Below are positions 1-8,786 of a stretch of 64,000 nucleotides of DNA, in pieces; position 1 is the first letter of the stretch, and each line of letters begins with the position of its first letter. The DNA is from Planctomycetota bacterium (GTDB lineage: Bacteria > Planctomycetota > B15-G4). The translations under genes and the position numbers were made by a program. The stretch covers positions 1,440,001-1,504,000 of the forward strand of contig CBDFJQ010000002.1 in the NCBI GenBank assembly GCA_965248575.1, read 5' to 3'. A model generated the notes under the pieces. It worked only from the letters and a program-made list of their open reading frames with translations. It made no database searches and had not been told where the DNA came from.

Positions 1-1
1 G

Positions 2-403
2 GACCTGATCGAGGGCAAGCTGGCCATCTCCGATCTCCCCGATCGCTGGAACTCGAGCATGCAGGAGCTGCTGGGAGTGACGCCCGCGAATGATGCCGAG
101 GGAGTTCTGCAGGACATCCACTGGAGCATGGGCCTCTTCGGGTACTTCCCCACCTACAGCATCGGCAACCTGTACGCGGCCCAGTTCATGGAGGCGGCAC
201 GCAAGAGCATCCGCGGCCTCGACACCAAGATCTCCAAGGGAAAGATGGAGCCCCTGAAGGACTGGCTGACGGAGAACATCCACCGCCACGACCAGCACTA
301 CACACCGGCTCAACTGGTGAAGCGGGTCACGGGCAAGCCGCTGGGGGTCGACGCCTTCAAGAAGCACATCACGAAGACGGTGCGGGAGCTGTCCCGCGGA
401 TGA
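2..403 (+). CDS. Carboxypeptidase M32 (Taq-like), C-terminal part; begins before the window
   Basis: Motif QDIHWSMGLFGYFPTYSIGNLYAAQ and the ending WLTENIHRH...LVKRVTGKPL are typical of M32; the frame is open from base 2. Confidence 0.92.
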   Translation, partial: DLIEGKLAISDLPDRWNSSMQELLGVTPANDAEGVLQDIHWSMGLFGYFPTYSIGNLYAAQFMEAARKSIRGLDTKISKGKMEPLKDWLTENIHRHDQHYTPAQLVKRVTGKPLGVDAFKKHITKTVRELSRG

Positions 404-408
404 AACGC

Positions 409-482
409 TGGAGGCGGCACCCGGATTCGAACCGGGGATGACGGATTTGCAATCCGTTGCCTTACCACTTGGCCATGCCGCC
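409..482 (-). tRNA. tRNA-Cys (GCA) with encoded CCA
   Basis: Reverse complement reads GGCGGCATGGCCAAGTGGTAAGGCAACGGATTGCAAATCCGTCATCCCCGGTTCGAATCCGGGTGCCGCCTCCA: acceptor stem, D loop, anticodon arm ACGGA-TTGCAAA-TCCGT, T loop TTCGAAT. Confidence 0.97.
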
Positions 483-507
483 TAACTGCGATCGCAGAGA
501 TCGAGGG

Positions 508-516
508 ACCATAGCA
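508..516 (-). promoter_or_regulatory. Probable extended -10 element of the tRNA-Cys promoter
   Basis: Minus strand reads TGCTATGGT (TGn-TAnnnT) about 25 nt upstream of the tRNA 5' end. Confidence 0.5.
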
Positions 517-652
517 ACGGATGGCTCGCAACGGTAGCCGCGAAGGGCGCTCAGCGGACGCCTGGCCTCAGGGGAGTTCGACTGGGGGCTCACATCCAGG
601 GATGAGGGACGCTACAACGAGCCCTTCGAAACCAGCACGGCGAGGAGACCGC

Positions 653-1735
653 ATGGCGCCCGACGCCTCCGATTCCATGTCGCCCCCCCCAGGAGGGGCG
701 CACGGCAAGCAGGTCAGCCAGGGCCAACAGGAGCCGGCGGCGCCTCTGCACCCGTCCAGCGCCCTGGACCCTGGCCGCAGACCCTTCCCCCTGCTCGCAG
801 CCTGCGACCACTACGCCGGCACCGAGTCACGCATGAAGAAGGCTCTGCGCCTGCAGGCTGAGAGCCTTCACCGCTTCGACGTCACCCTCGACCTCGAGGA
901 CGGCGCCCCGGCGGGACGGGAGAGCGAGCACGCCCAGCTCGTCGTGGACCTGCTGCGCAGCGACCTGAACGCCCAGCAGCAAGCCGGTGTCCGCATCCAT
1001 GGCCCCGACAGCCCCTTCTGGCGCGCGGACTTGGAGCGGGTGATCCGGGATGCCGGCGACATCATCACGCACCTGACGATCCCCAAGGTGGAGGGCCCGC
1101 GCCCCCTGTCCGAGGTGATTCACGCCGTGCAATCCGCCTGCGCGGCGGCGGGCATCCAGCACGAGATCCCCCTGCACGTCCTGGTGGAAACCCACGCAGC
1201 CATCCAGGACGTCTGGGCCATCGCGGCCCTGCCTTGGTTGCGCACGCTCGAGTTCGGAATCATGGACTTCGTCAGCAGTCACCACGGGGCGATCGGCAGC
1301 GAAGCCATGCAGTCCCCCAACCAGTTCGAGCACAAGCTGATTCAACGCGCCAAGATCCGCCAGGTGGCTGCCGCCCTGGGCAACGGTCTGGTGCCCGTGC
1401 ACAACGTCACGCTCGACGTGAAGGACCCCGAACAGACCCGCGCCGACGCACTGCGCGCACGACGCGAGTTCGGGTACCTGCGCATGTGGTCCATCCACCC
1501 CTCGCAGATCGAACCCATCCTCGAGGCCTTCGCGCCGGACGTCATCGAGGTAGACCTTGCGGGCCGCGTGTTGCTGGCGGCCCGAGCGGCCGACTGGGGC
1601 CCCATCTCACTCGACGGACGGCTGTTTGATCGGGCCAGCTACCGCTACTACTGGCAGGTCGTTCAGCGCGCCCAGCTCGCGGGCGTCAGCCTGGACTCCA
1701 CAGTCCGCGAGCACTTCTTCAGCACGAACGCCTGA
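653..1735 (+). CDS. HpcH/HpaI aldolase / citrate lyase beta (CitE-like) family protein
   Basis: TLDLEDGA, TIPKVE, LVETH, EFGIMDF and MWSIHPSQI motifs; AGGAG 5 nt before ATG 653 (the ORF track start at 521 is probably too long). Confidence 0.85.
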   Translation: MAPDASDSMSPPPGGAHGKQVSQGQQEPAAPLHPSSALDPGRRPFPLLAACDHYAGTESRMKKALRLQAESLHRFDVTLDLEDGAPAGRESEHAQLVVDLLRSDLNAQQQAGVRIHGPDSPFWRADLERVIRDAGDIITHLTIPKVEGPRPLSEVIHAVQSACAAAGIQHEIPLHVLVETHAAIQDVWAIAALPWLRTLEFGIMDFVSSHHGAIGSEAMQSPNQFEHKLIQRAKIRQVAAALGNGLVPVHNVTLDVKDPEQTRADALRARREFGYLRMWSIHPSQIEPILEAFAPDVIEVDLAGRVLLAARAADWGPISLDGRLFDRASYRYYWQVVQRAQLAGVSLDSTVREHFFSTNA

Positions 1736-1777
1736 GCCCGGGCGGTCGCAGGTGAGCCGGAACCGCTCAGCTCTGAC

Positions 1778-2239
1778 TCAGGAACGCAGACCCTCAAGCG
1801 TTTCAGCGATGGCTTTGCTGTCGGGCCACTGCAGGACGGCAATCTCGAGGTAGAGGCCCACATCGGCCGGGTTGTGCTTCTCGACCATCGCGTCGAGAGT
1901 CGGCTTCACCTTGCTCTCGTCCGGCTCGCCATCGCCTTCCACCGTGCCGTCTTCGTGTTCCAAGCCCACGCCATCCAAGAAGTCCGTCACCACCTGCTTC
2001 TTGGGGCCCAGCAGGTACGCACGGATCAACTCGCCGGCGAGGTCGTCGTCACGGCTACGCAACAGGTGCGCACGCAGCGCCTTCATGCGCAAGCTCAGGG
2101 GGCGCTTGGCCACCGTCTGCGGCCGGGAGTTCAGAGCCTTTGCGATGGGCCCGTCCAAGGCGCGCTGTGCTCGCTCCTCGAGCGACTCGTAGAGCTCCGT
2201 CAAGCGTTCGGGGGACATCTCGGTCAGCAACTTGAGCAC
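1778..2239 (-). CDS. Hypothetical protein, small and helical
   Basis: 153-aa ORF with host-like codon usage and GAGG upstream; co-oriented downstream of pepA; segment FLDGVGLEHEDG. Confidence 0.75.
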   Translation of the reverse strand: MLKLLTEMSPERLTELYESLEERAQRALDGPIAKALNSRPQTVAKRPLSLRMKALRAHLLRSRDDDLAGELIRAYLLGPKKQVVTDFLDGVGLEHEDGTVEGDGEPDESKVKPTLDAMVEKHNPADVGLYLEIAVLQWPDSKAIAETLEGLRS

Positions 2240-2329
2240 GGCTCGTGCCTCGCTTGGAAGGTGGATCGGGAACGTCGGGAGCCCCAGCGCAGCCCACCAG
2301 CTCGTGGTGAGTTCGCTGCGGCGAAAGCG

Positions 2330-3775
2330 TTACCAGTTGGAGAGGGCGTCGTGCAGCAGGCGCACACCAAAGCCGCTTGCTCCACCGGGGAAGTCGTTCT
2401 TGGCGACCATGTCCCAAGCCGCACCTGCAACGTCGATGTGGGCATGGGGAATGTCACCGGAGAAGTGGTACAGGAAGGCGGCCGCAGTGCACGAGCCCGC
2501 CTCCCGTCCGGCTGAGTTCCGGATATCCGCCCACTTGCTCTTCACCTTCTCGTCGTAGGCGGGGTAGCTCGGCATGTGCCACACCTTCTCGTCGGTGTTC
2601 GCCGACGCGGCTTGCAGGCGCTTCACCAGCTTGTCGTCCTTGCAGAACAGCCCGGCCGCCTCGTGCCCGAGGGCCACCACGATGGCACCCGTCAGGGTCG
2701 CCATGTCGATGATCGCTTCCGGCTTGAACTTGGTCGCCAGGTGCAAGGCATCGGCCAGGACCACACGCCCTTCGGCGTCCGTGTTGATCACTTCGATGGT
2801 CTTGCCTGAACCGGTGGTCACCACATCGCCCGGCTTGTAGGCCGAACCGCTGGGCATGTTCTCGGTCGTGCCGACGATGGCGATCACGCGCACATCCTTC
2901 GGCTTCGTCGCAGCGATGGCCTTCATCAGACCGATCGTCGCGGCAGCACCGCACATGTCGTACTTCATCTCCTCCATGCCGCCTGCGGGCTTCAGGGAGA
3001 TACCGCCCGCGTCGAAGGTGAGCCCCTTGCCGACGATGGCGACGGTGTGCTTGTAGCGCGCCGGCTTGTACTCCATCTCGAGCAGGTAGGCCGGCAAGTC
3101 GGAGCCCTGGTTCACGGCCAGGATGCCGCCCATCTTCATGCGCTTGAGAGCGGCCTTGTCGTGCGCCTTGAAGCGCAGCTTGCCCGCCGTGCAGACCTTG
3201 CGCGCCACGGACTTCAGGTGATCGGGGTCGGCGATGTTGCCTGGCAGGTCACCCAGGTCCCGCGCCAGGTTGGTTCCGTCGGTGACCGCCTTGGCGACCT
3301 TCAGCACCGCACTCGCGGCACGCACCGAAGACACCACCACCGCTTCACCGGCCGGTTGCGTTTCCGACTTCTTCGCCCCGTAGCGGTAGCTGCTCAGCAC
3401 CAGGCCTTCACCCAGCGCCGCCAGGCTAGGCGCATCGAAGGACCAGGACTTGGCCGCTCCGACGACGAGCTTCTTGGCGCCCAGGCTGGCGGCCTTGGCA
3501 CCGGCGATGAGACCCGCGCGCCGCAGAAGCTCCGAGTTCACGCTCTTGGCCTTGCCCAGGCCGATCAGCAGCAACCCCCGCGGGCCCGCAGCCGTTTCGG
3601 CATGCAGCAGCAGCGACTCCGCCGCCTTGCCCTTGAAGGCCTTGGACTTCATCAGCGCTTCCGCTCTGCGGGCCAACACGCCACCGGGCAGGGTGGTCTT
3701 GCCCTCTGGGATCAGCAGAGCAACGAGGGGGACCTTCTGGTTCAGGGCCGCGGCAGTTCCGGCGGTCAGGCGCAT
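2330..3775 (-). CDS. pepA: Leucyl aminopeptidase (M17)
   Basis: VGKGLTFDAGGISLKP, MKYDMCGAA, NTDAEGRVVLAD and ATLTGA motifs; AGGAG before ATG 3775. Confidence 0.96.
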   Translation of the reverse strand: MRLTAGTAAALNQKVPLVALLIPEGKTTLPGGVLARRAEALMKSKAFKGKAAESLLLHAETAAGPRGLLLIGLGKAKSVNSELLRRAGLIAGAKAASLGAKKLVVGAAKSWSFDAPSLAALGEGLVLSSYRYGAKKSETQPAGEAVVVSSVRAASAVLKVAKAVTDGTNLARDLGDLPGNIADPDHLKSVARKVCTAGKLRFKAHDKAALKRMKMGGILAVNQGSDLPAYLLEMEYKPARYKHTVAIVGKGLTFDAGGISLKPAGGMEEMKYDMCGAAATIGLMKAIAATKPKDVRVIAIVGTTENMPSGSAYKPGDVVTTGSGKTIEVINTDAEGRVVLADALHLATKFKPEAIIDMATLTGAIVVALGHEAAGLFCKDDKLVKRLQAASANTDEKVWHMPSYPAYDEKVKSKWADIRNSAGREAGSCTAAAFLYHFSGDIPHAHIDVAGAAWDMVAKNDFPGGASGFGVRLLHDALSNW

Positions 3776-3987
3776 GATGACTCCTGCTTCGATCGGTGGG
3801 GGCTGTTCGAGAACGGTGGTCGAGCCCCAAACGATGGTCTCACGGTGCTCCGGCCCGAGCCGCAGCTTCACTGCTGGGCAGGGAAGGTGGCTGGGTCCCG
3901 GGTGGCACGACGAACAACCGCCGCTGGGGTCGCAAAGCTCGGGACGTTATCACATGGGGGCACTCGCCTCGCCCCCCGGAGTCCGTC

Positions 3988-4731
3988 GTGGCCCGCCCCC
4001 CCCGCTGCCTGGTGGCCTCCCTCCAGGCACCTCAACTCGACAGCGCCACCCGGCACCACCTGGCTCGAGTGCTGCGCATGGCACCGGGCGACCCTGTAGA
4101 GCTCGTGGACGGCCGCGGTGGACTGCTCCGGGCGCGCTGGGCTGGCAAGGCTGAGCCTACGGTTGACGAAAGGGCGTCTTGCTCGGAGCCACCGGCGGAT
4201 CCCGTCTGGTTGGCTGTCGCTGCCCCCCGACCATCGCGCCTGGATTGGCTTGTCGAGAAGGCCGCCGAACTGGGCGTCCAACGGCTGCTCCTGATGAAGA
4301 GCGAGCATTCGGCGCGATCGATCAAGCAGGCTCGGGTCCTGCGCCTGCAGAAGAAAGCGCACGAGGCCATGCTCCAATGCCGCCGCCTGCATGCCTTGCA
4401 CGTCGTCCCCGAGCAGGCCTTCAGCGCGCTCCTGGCCGAGGCCCAGCGCGTCGGTGCAGACCTGTGGATGACGGACGCGCCGCCGGATGCGGCCTCGCGG
4501 TCGGACCCTGCTGCCATGGATTCTGGCGGCGATCCAAGCGAGCAGGCGCTGGACCTGCCCCCGCGCCGGCCCGGCACGCCCCTGCTTGCCGTGATCGGCC
4601 CCGAAGGAGGCCTGAGCGAAGCGGAGAAGCGCGCGTTGCAGCAGGCAGGCGCCCGCAGCGTCTGCCTCGGCAAGGGCGTCCTGCGGGTGGAAACCGCTGC
4701 CCTCGCCCTCGTCGCCCGACTTGCTCTCTGA
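3988..4731 (+). CDS. rsmE: 16S rRNA m3U1498 methyltransferase
   Basis: HHLARVLRM, LVEKAAELGV, IGPEGG and LGKGVLRVETAA motifs; GTG 3988 preceded by GGAG (start estimated). Confidence 0.93.
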   Translation: MARPPRCLVASLQAPQLDSATRHHLARVLRMAPGDPVELVDGRGGLLRARWAGKAEPTVDERASCSEPPADPVWLAVAAPRPSRLDWLVEKAAELGVQRLLLMKSEHSARSIKQARVLRLQKKAHEAMLQCRRLHALHVVPEQAFSALLAEAQRVGADLWMTDAPPDAASRSDPAAMDSGGDPSEQALDLPPRRPGTPLLAVIGPEGGLSEAEKRALQQAGARSVCLGKGVLRVETAALALVARLAL

Positions 4732-4784
4732 GACTGCTTTCCAGTGAGGGCGTTGGCCAGGGGCTCCGGGTAGGATGCGCCTCC

Positions 4785-5522
4785 ATGACGCCGCCCCTGC
4801 GCCGCTATCTCACTTCCCTCGCTGCGGCGGGGGTCCGACGCATGCCGCGCGGCGTTCGCCAAGCCATCGCTGTCGCTGCCACGGAGCCCGAGGCAGCGCC
4901 CGACGCAAGCACGCCCAGCAGCGCAACTCCCGCAGCTCCATACGCGGCAGGCGACCCAGCCTCGGCTCAAGCAGCCCTGACGTCCCTGGCCCAGGAAATC
5001 GCCGGCTGCAACGCCTGCTCCTTGTGTGAAACCCGGACTCGCACAGTGCCGGGGGAGGGCAACCCCCAGGCCGACATCGTGTTCGTGGGCGAGGGCCCAG
5101 GAGCAGATGAGGACCGCAGCGGCCGTCCCTTCGTCGGCAAGGCCGGCCAACTGCTCGAGGACATCGTCAACAAGGGCATGAAGCTCCAGCGCTCAGACGT
5201 CTTCATCCTGAACACGGTCAAGTGCCGGCCGCCGGGCAATCGAAACCCCTTGCCCGAAGAATCCGCCGCCTGTCGTGGCTTCCTGGAGAGGCAGCTGGAG
5301 ATCCTGCAGCCGAAGGTCATCTGCGCCCTGGGCAATGTGGCCGCCCACCTGCTTCTGGACACCGAACTCTCCATGAACCGTCTGCGCCAAGGGCAGCACC
5401 ACTGGCGGCAAATCCCCGTCATCCCCACCTATCATCCGGCCTACCTGTTGAGGAATGCCTCCGCGAAACGTCCCACCTGGGAGGATATTCAACGAGTGAT
5501 GGAGATGGCCTCGCGCGCATGA
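4785..5522 (+). CDS. Uracil-DNA glycosylase family 4 (4Fe-4S)
   Basis: [29 protein letters not shown] and TYHPAYLLR motifs; its stop overlaps the next start (ATGA). Confidence 0.94.
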   Translation: MTPPLRRYLTSLAAAGVRRMPRGVRQAIAVAATEPEAAPDASTPSSATPAAPYAAGDPASAQAALTSLAQEIAGCNACSLCETRTRTVPGEGNPQADIVFVGEGPGADEDRSGRPFVGKAGQLLEDIVNKGMKLQRSDVFILNTVKCRPPGNRNPLPEESAACRGFLERQLEILQPKVICALGNVAAHLLLDTELSMNRLRQGQHHWRQIPVIPTYHPAYLLRNASAKRPTWEDIQRVMEMASRA

Positions 5523-6994
5523 GCCTATTCGGTGCCAGTTCGATCGGTGTGGACGTCACGGACGGCACCCTCAAGGCGGTCAAGCTCGTCCGCCGTGGCC
5601 GCAAGATCCGCCTGGCGGGTAGCTGGCGCATCCCCTATCACCGCAGCGAGGACCTCGCCCAGGGGGCCTTGGACGCGCTGCGCGAGTTCGCCAGCAACGT
5701 CCACCCCGATGGGCTGACCTCCGTGATCGTCTCGGCACCGGATCGTGGCCACTTCAGCCAGACCTATAAGGTGCCCACCATGCAGGCGGACCGCCTGGCG
5801 GAGATGGTGCGCTACGAAGTGCTCTCGGAGCTGAAGGCCCCGGCGGAGGAGGCACAGGTGAGCTTCCACGCTCGAAAGGGCGTGGTGGAACAACAGGTGC
5901 ATGCCGTCGCCTTCGACCCCGGACTGCTGGGCGAATTCGTAGGCAGCCTGCGGGGGGAGCGGATCCCCTTCGATGAGCTCCAGCCCCCAGGCTTCGCCCT
6001 GGCGTCCTTCCTTGAGCACGAGCAGCCCCTAGGGCGCGACCGCATCATGCTCGGCGTCGGCGAGCGAGCCACGCACCTGGTCCTGATCCGGGAAGACGGA
6101 CTCTGGACCCGGCATCTCCCCTTCGGGCTCAGAGCTGAGGCGGCCGTGCCCGTCCTGGCCGAGCGCCTGGCGAGCGAAGTGGCCGCGGCCGTCTCGGCCC
6201 TGCTGCCAGAGGACTCCCCCTTCCGCCCAACGGATGTGGTCCTGACAGAGGAGGGCGCGCTGAGCGCCAAGCTCACCACAGAACTGACTCGCGCCATGGC
6301 GCTTCCCGTGACTCGCTTCGGGGAACTGCCTCGCATCGAGACGGGCAGCCGCCTGGGACAAGGGGACGCCACCGCCGCGCAGACCCTCGCCATGGCCAAA
6401 GCCATGGGGCTCGCCCTGACGGGCCTGGGCGTGGCGCGCTTTCCGTGCCCGCTCGTGAGCGGCAACCCCCGTCGGGCGGCCATCCGTACCCTGCCCTTGG
6501 CCGCAGCGGGCCTAGTTCTGTCCTCGCTGGGGCTGTTCGGCCTGACGCATCTGGCCGTCCAGAGAGCCGACTCCCTGACCCATGCGCTCTCGGAGGACCT
6601 GCCCGGCGAGCTGCGCAACATCCATGAGCGCAGCCAGGAAACCCGGGCTGAGCTGGGGGCACTCGAGGCGCGCGCCGATGGGCTGCTGTCCCTGGCCAAC
6701 CGTCGTCCAGCCGTGCTGGCCGTGCGTACGGCTCTGAGCCGAGTGGCCGAAGTCGTGGCCACCCGTGGCAGCGAAGCGCTGCACGTGGACAGCGCATGGC
6801 TGGCCCCCGGCGACTCCCATCAGCCTGCTCACCTGACCATCACCCTGGATGCCGACCCAGCACGGGATGAGACCCTGGGTTCCCAGCTCACGGAGACCTT
6901 TCGGGGCGTGTTCTCAGACGTCAGTCTGAGGGGCCCGGAAGCTGCCCCAACCCGGGGGCTCTCGCGCTGGATCGTGGAGGTCACCCTCCCATGA
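5519..6994 (+). CDS. PilM-like actin-fold domain fused to a PilN-like TM/periplasmic domain (491 aa)
   Basis: N-terminal SIGVDVTDGTLKAVKL resembles the PilM/FtsA phosphate-1 strand; KAMGLALTGL closes the PilM domain; then a TM segment (LAAAGLVLSSLGLFGL), a coiled coil and a small alpha/beta C-terminal domain. Confidence 0.75.
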   Translation: MSLFGASSIGVDVTDGTLKAVKLVRRGRKIRLAGSWRIPYHRSEDLAQGALDALREFASNVHPDGLTSVIVSAPDRGHFSQTYKVPTMQADRLAEMVRYEVLSELKAPAEEAQVSFHARKGVVEQQVHAVAFDPGLLGEFVGSLRGERIPFDELQPPGFALASFLEHEQPLGRDRIMLGVGERATHLVLIREDGLWTRHLPFGLRAEAAVPVLAERLASEVAAAVSALLPEDSPFRPTDVVLTEEGALSAKLTTELTRAMALPVTRFGELPRIETGSRLGQGDATAAQTLAMAKAMGLALTGLGVARFPCPLVSGNPRRAAIRTLPLAAAGLVLSSLGLFGLTHLAVQRADSLTHALSEDLPGELRNIHERSQETRAELGALEARADGLLSLANRRPAVLAVRTALSRVAEVVATRGSEALHVDSAWLAPGDSHQPAHLTITLDADPARDETLGSQLTETFRGVFSDVSLRGPEAAPTRGLSRWIVEVTLP

Positions 6995-7710
6995 GGCTTC
7001 TCGCTGCGTTGCTCGCAACCCTGTTCCTTTCCTCAGCGGTGGTTTTCGCGGTCGTCGGCCTGGATGCCCAGGAACGGGCCAAGGACGCCCATGTGGCCCT
7101 CTTGGCACGCCTGGATGCCGTTCAGGAGGCCCGCAGCGCGATTCCCCCAGTGTCCTATACGGCGGCCCAGGCGCTCACCGCCGAGCGGACACGCCTAGCG
7201 GAGCTGGGGAATCAGCGCCTGGCCATGCTCACGGATGAGCGCTACGCGCCCCCCGTGCAGGAGCTCTCGGCGGTCCTGGACGCTCTGGATGCCCAGGGCC
7301 TCCAGCCAGGAGATCCGCTGCGCAGCCAGGTCGAGGCCTGGGCTGCCTCAGATGGCAGCAGCGCTGCGAGCCTCTCCAGGCTCCTGTCCTTCGTGCATCG
7401 GTCCGGAATCCAAGAGGTGGAGGACCTGGATCGGCGAATGGAGGACAGCCTGCGAATTCCGGACCTCCAAACCGGCTCCTGGGAGCTGGTGGTCGTGAGC
7501 GAGATGCACCACGTCCTGGACCTGCTCGAACAGCTCGTGCCGGGACGGGGCGATCCCGTGCTCAGTGTGACGGGGGCCTCCTTGCGTCGGATCGACCGCA
7601 GCCTGTGGTCCACGACGCCCGGAAGCCTCGACACCCCCCCGGTCCGCCTCTGGCTGCGCCTCGAGAGCCACACGCACCAAGGCGCTCGCGACGTAGAGGG
7701 CAACCCATGA
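6991..7710 (+). CDS. Membrane-anchored protein, PilO/GspM-like by position and layout
   Basis: N-terminal TM, a coiled segment, then an alpha/beta domain (ELVVVSEMHHVLDLLEQL...LSVTGASLRR); ATGA-coupled to both neighbours. Confidence 0.55.
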   Translation: MRLLAALLATLFLSSAVVFAVVGLDAQERAKDAHVALLARLDAVQEARSAIPPVSYTAAQALTAERTRLAELGNQRLAMLTDERYAPPVQELSAVLDALDAQGLQPGDPLRSQVEAWAASDGSSAASLSRLLSFVHRSGIQEVEDLDRRMEDSLRIPDLQTGSWELVVVSEMHHVLDLLEQLVPGRGDPVLSVTGASLRRIDRSLWSTTPGSLDTPPVRLWLRLESHTHQGARDVEGNP

Positions 7711-8786
7711 GCGGCCTCCAGACGCGTCGCGGCCGATTTCTCATGTTGGCAGGTTCGGGGCTTGCCACGGTCGTCTTCGCCCTTGCCTTATTCGTACATA
7801 GTCGCTTATATAGCAACGACTTAAGCCGTGCAGAGCGTTTGACGGAGCAGGTTCGGCAGCGACTGGATGCCCAGCCAGAAAACCCCGTCCGCCTGCTTCC
7901 GGGGCATGCCTCTGAAGGCTTCGAGGCCGCCCTTCGACAGGCCCCGGTTCGTGCAGCCACTGCTCTGGATGCTCTCCTTTTGTACGACGAATCCGAGAGG
8001 AGCAGCTTTGCCGCCCTGAGGTGGCCCGGCGGTGTTGCTGAAGCGCTGCCCACCAGCGGATTGCTGGCTCCCCAGGGGGTGTCCGCCGTCTACGAGGCAG
8101 GCGCTGTCTCCGTCCGATGGACAGTCGCGCCGGCGACGCGTGACGTCATTGCCGGGCAACTGGACCTGGATCAACAGGTCGGACACCGCATCTACAGGAC
8201 CGTGCACAATCTCCAGGGCCTGGGAGACTCCAGCCGGGCCTCCACCACTCCAGAGTGGGTCGCCAGCCTCGATCACAGCACCACCCGCTGGCGCGACGAC
8301 GACATGCCCCTCACCGGAGGGGAGCTGTCCTACGAGGTCTGGACGGTCCTGCTCCGAGCCACATCCAACGAGACACCAACCCTGGTGCGGTCGGAGAGCG
8401 GCGAATTGGTTACCGTCACCGTCCCTGAGCACTTCAGGCTGCAGTTGGTCTCCGGGGACGACGAGTCGGTCGTCCTGTCCATGGAAGTAGGGCCTGCCTC
8501 CATGCCGGTTGCCGTCCATCACCTCACGCTCTCGCCCGGTGATCCGGTCGTGGCGGGAGAATGGTCCACCGGACTGACCGTCCGCAGCCTGGAATTGCTG
8601 ATCGAAGATCGCCTCACAACGCGCACCCGCCTGGTCTTTACGAGTGAAGCCCGGCTAGTGCTCGACCCCGTCACAAACACCCCCCGAACGTCCGATACGC
8701 AAGTCCTCATGCCGCAGACGCGCTTGGTTGCTACCCTGGCCGCCCCTTCAGGCGCGACCCGACGTCTGGAGCTGGACTTGCAGTGA
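7707..8786 (+). CDS. Membrane-anchored periplasmic protein with a fibronectin type III-like domain
   Basis: N-terminal TM; FN3-like pattern VSVRW...GHRIYR...TTRWRDDD...SYEVWTV; beta-rich C-terminus; coupled to the secretin start (GTGA). Confidence 0.6.
   Translation: MSGLQTRRGRFLMLAGSGLATVVFALALFVHSRLYSNDLSRAERLTEQVRQRLDAQPENPVRLLPGHASEGFEAALRQAPVRAATALDALLLYDESERSSFAALRWPGGVAEALPTSGLLAPQGVSAVYEAGAVSVRWTVAPATRDVIAGQLDLDQQVGHRIYRTVHNLQGLGDSSRASTTPEWVASLDHSTTRWRDDDMPLTGGELSYEVWTVLLRATSNETPTLVRSESGELVTVTVPEHFRLQLVSGDDESVVLSMEVGPASMPVAVHHLTLSPGDPVVAGEWSTGLTVRSLELLIEDRLTTRTRLVFTSEARLVLDPVTNTPRTSDTQVLMPQTRLVATLAAPSGATRRLELDLQ

Noticed and set aside
400..520. tRNA-Cys as an integration site for a genomic island
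   Set aside because: No integrase, no duplicated tRNA 3' end found, and a housekeeping peptidase gene abuts the 3' side.
7780..7830. Short AT-rich patch (TTATTCGTACATAGTCGCTTATATAG) inside a CDS
   Set aside because: Too short to indicate foreign DNA, and no well-spaced -35/-10 pair found.
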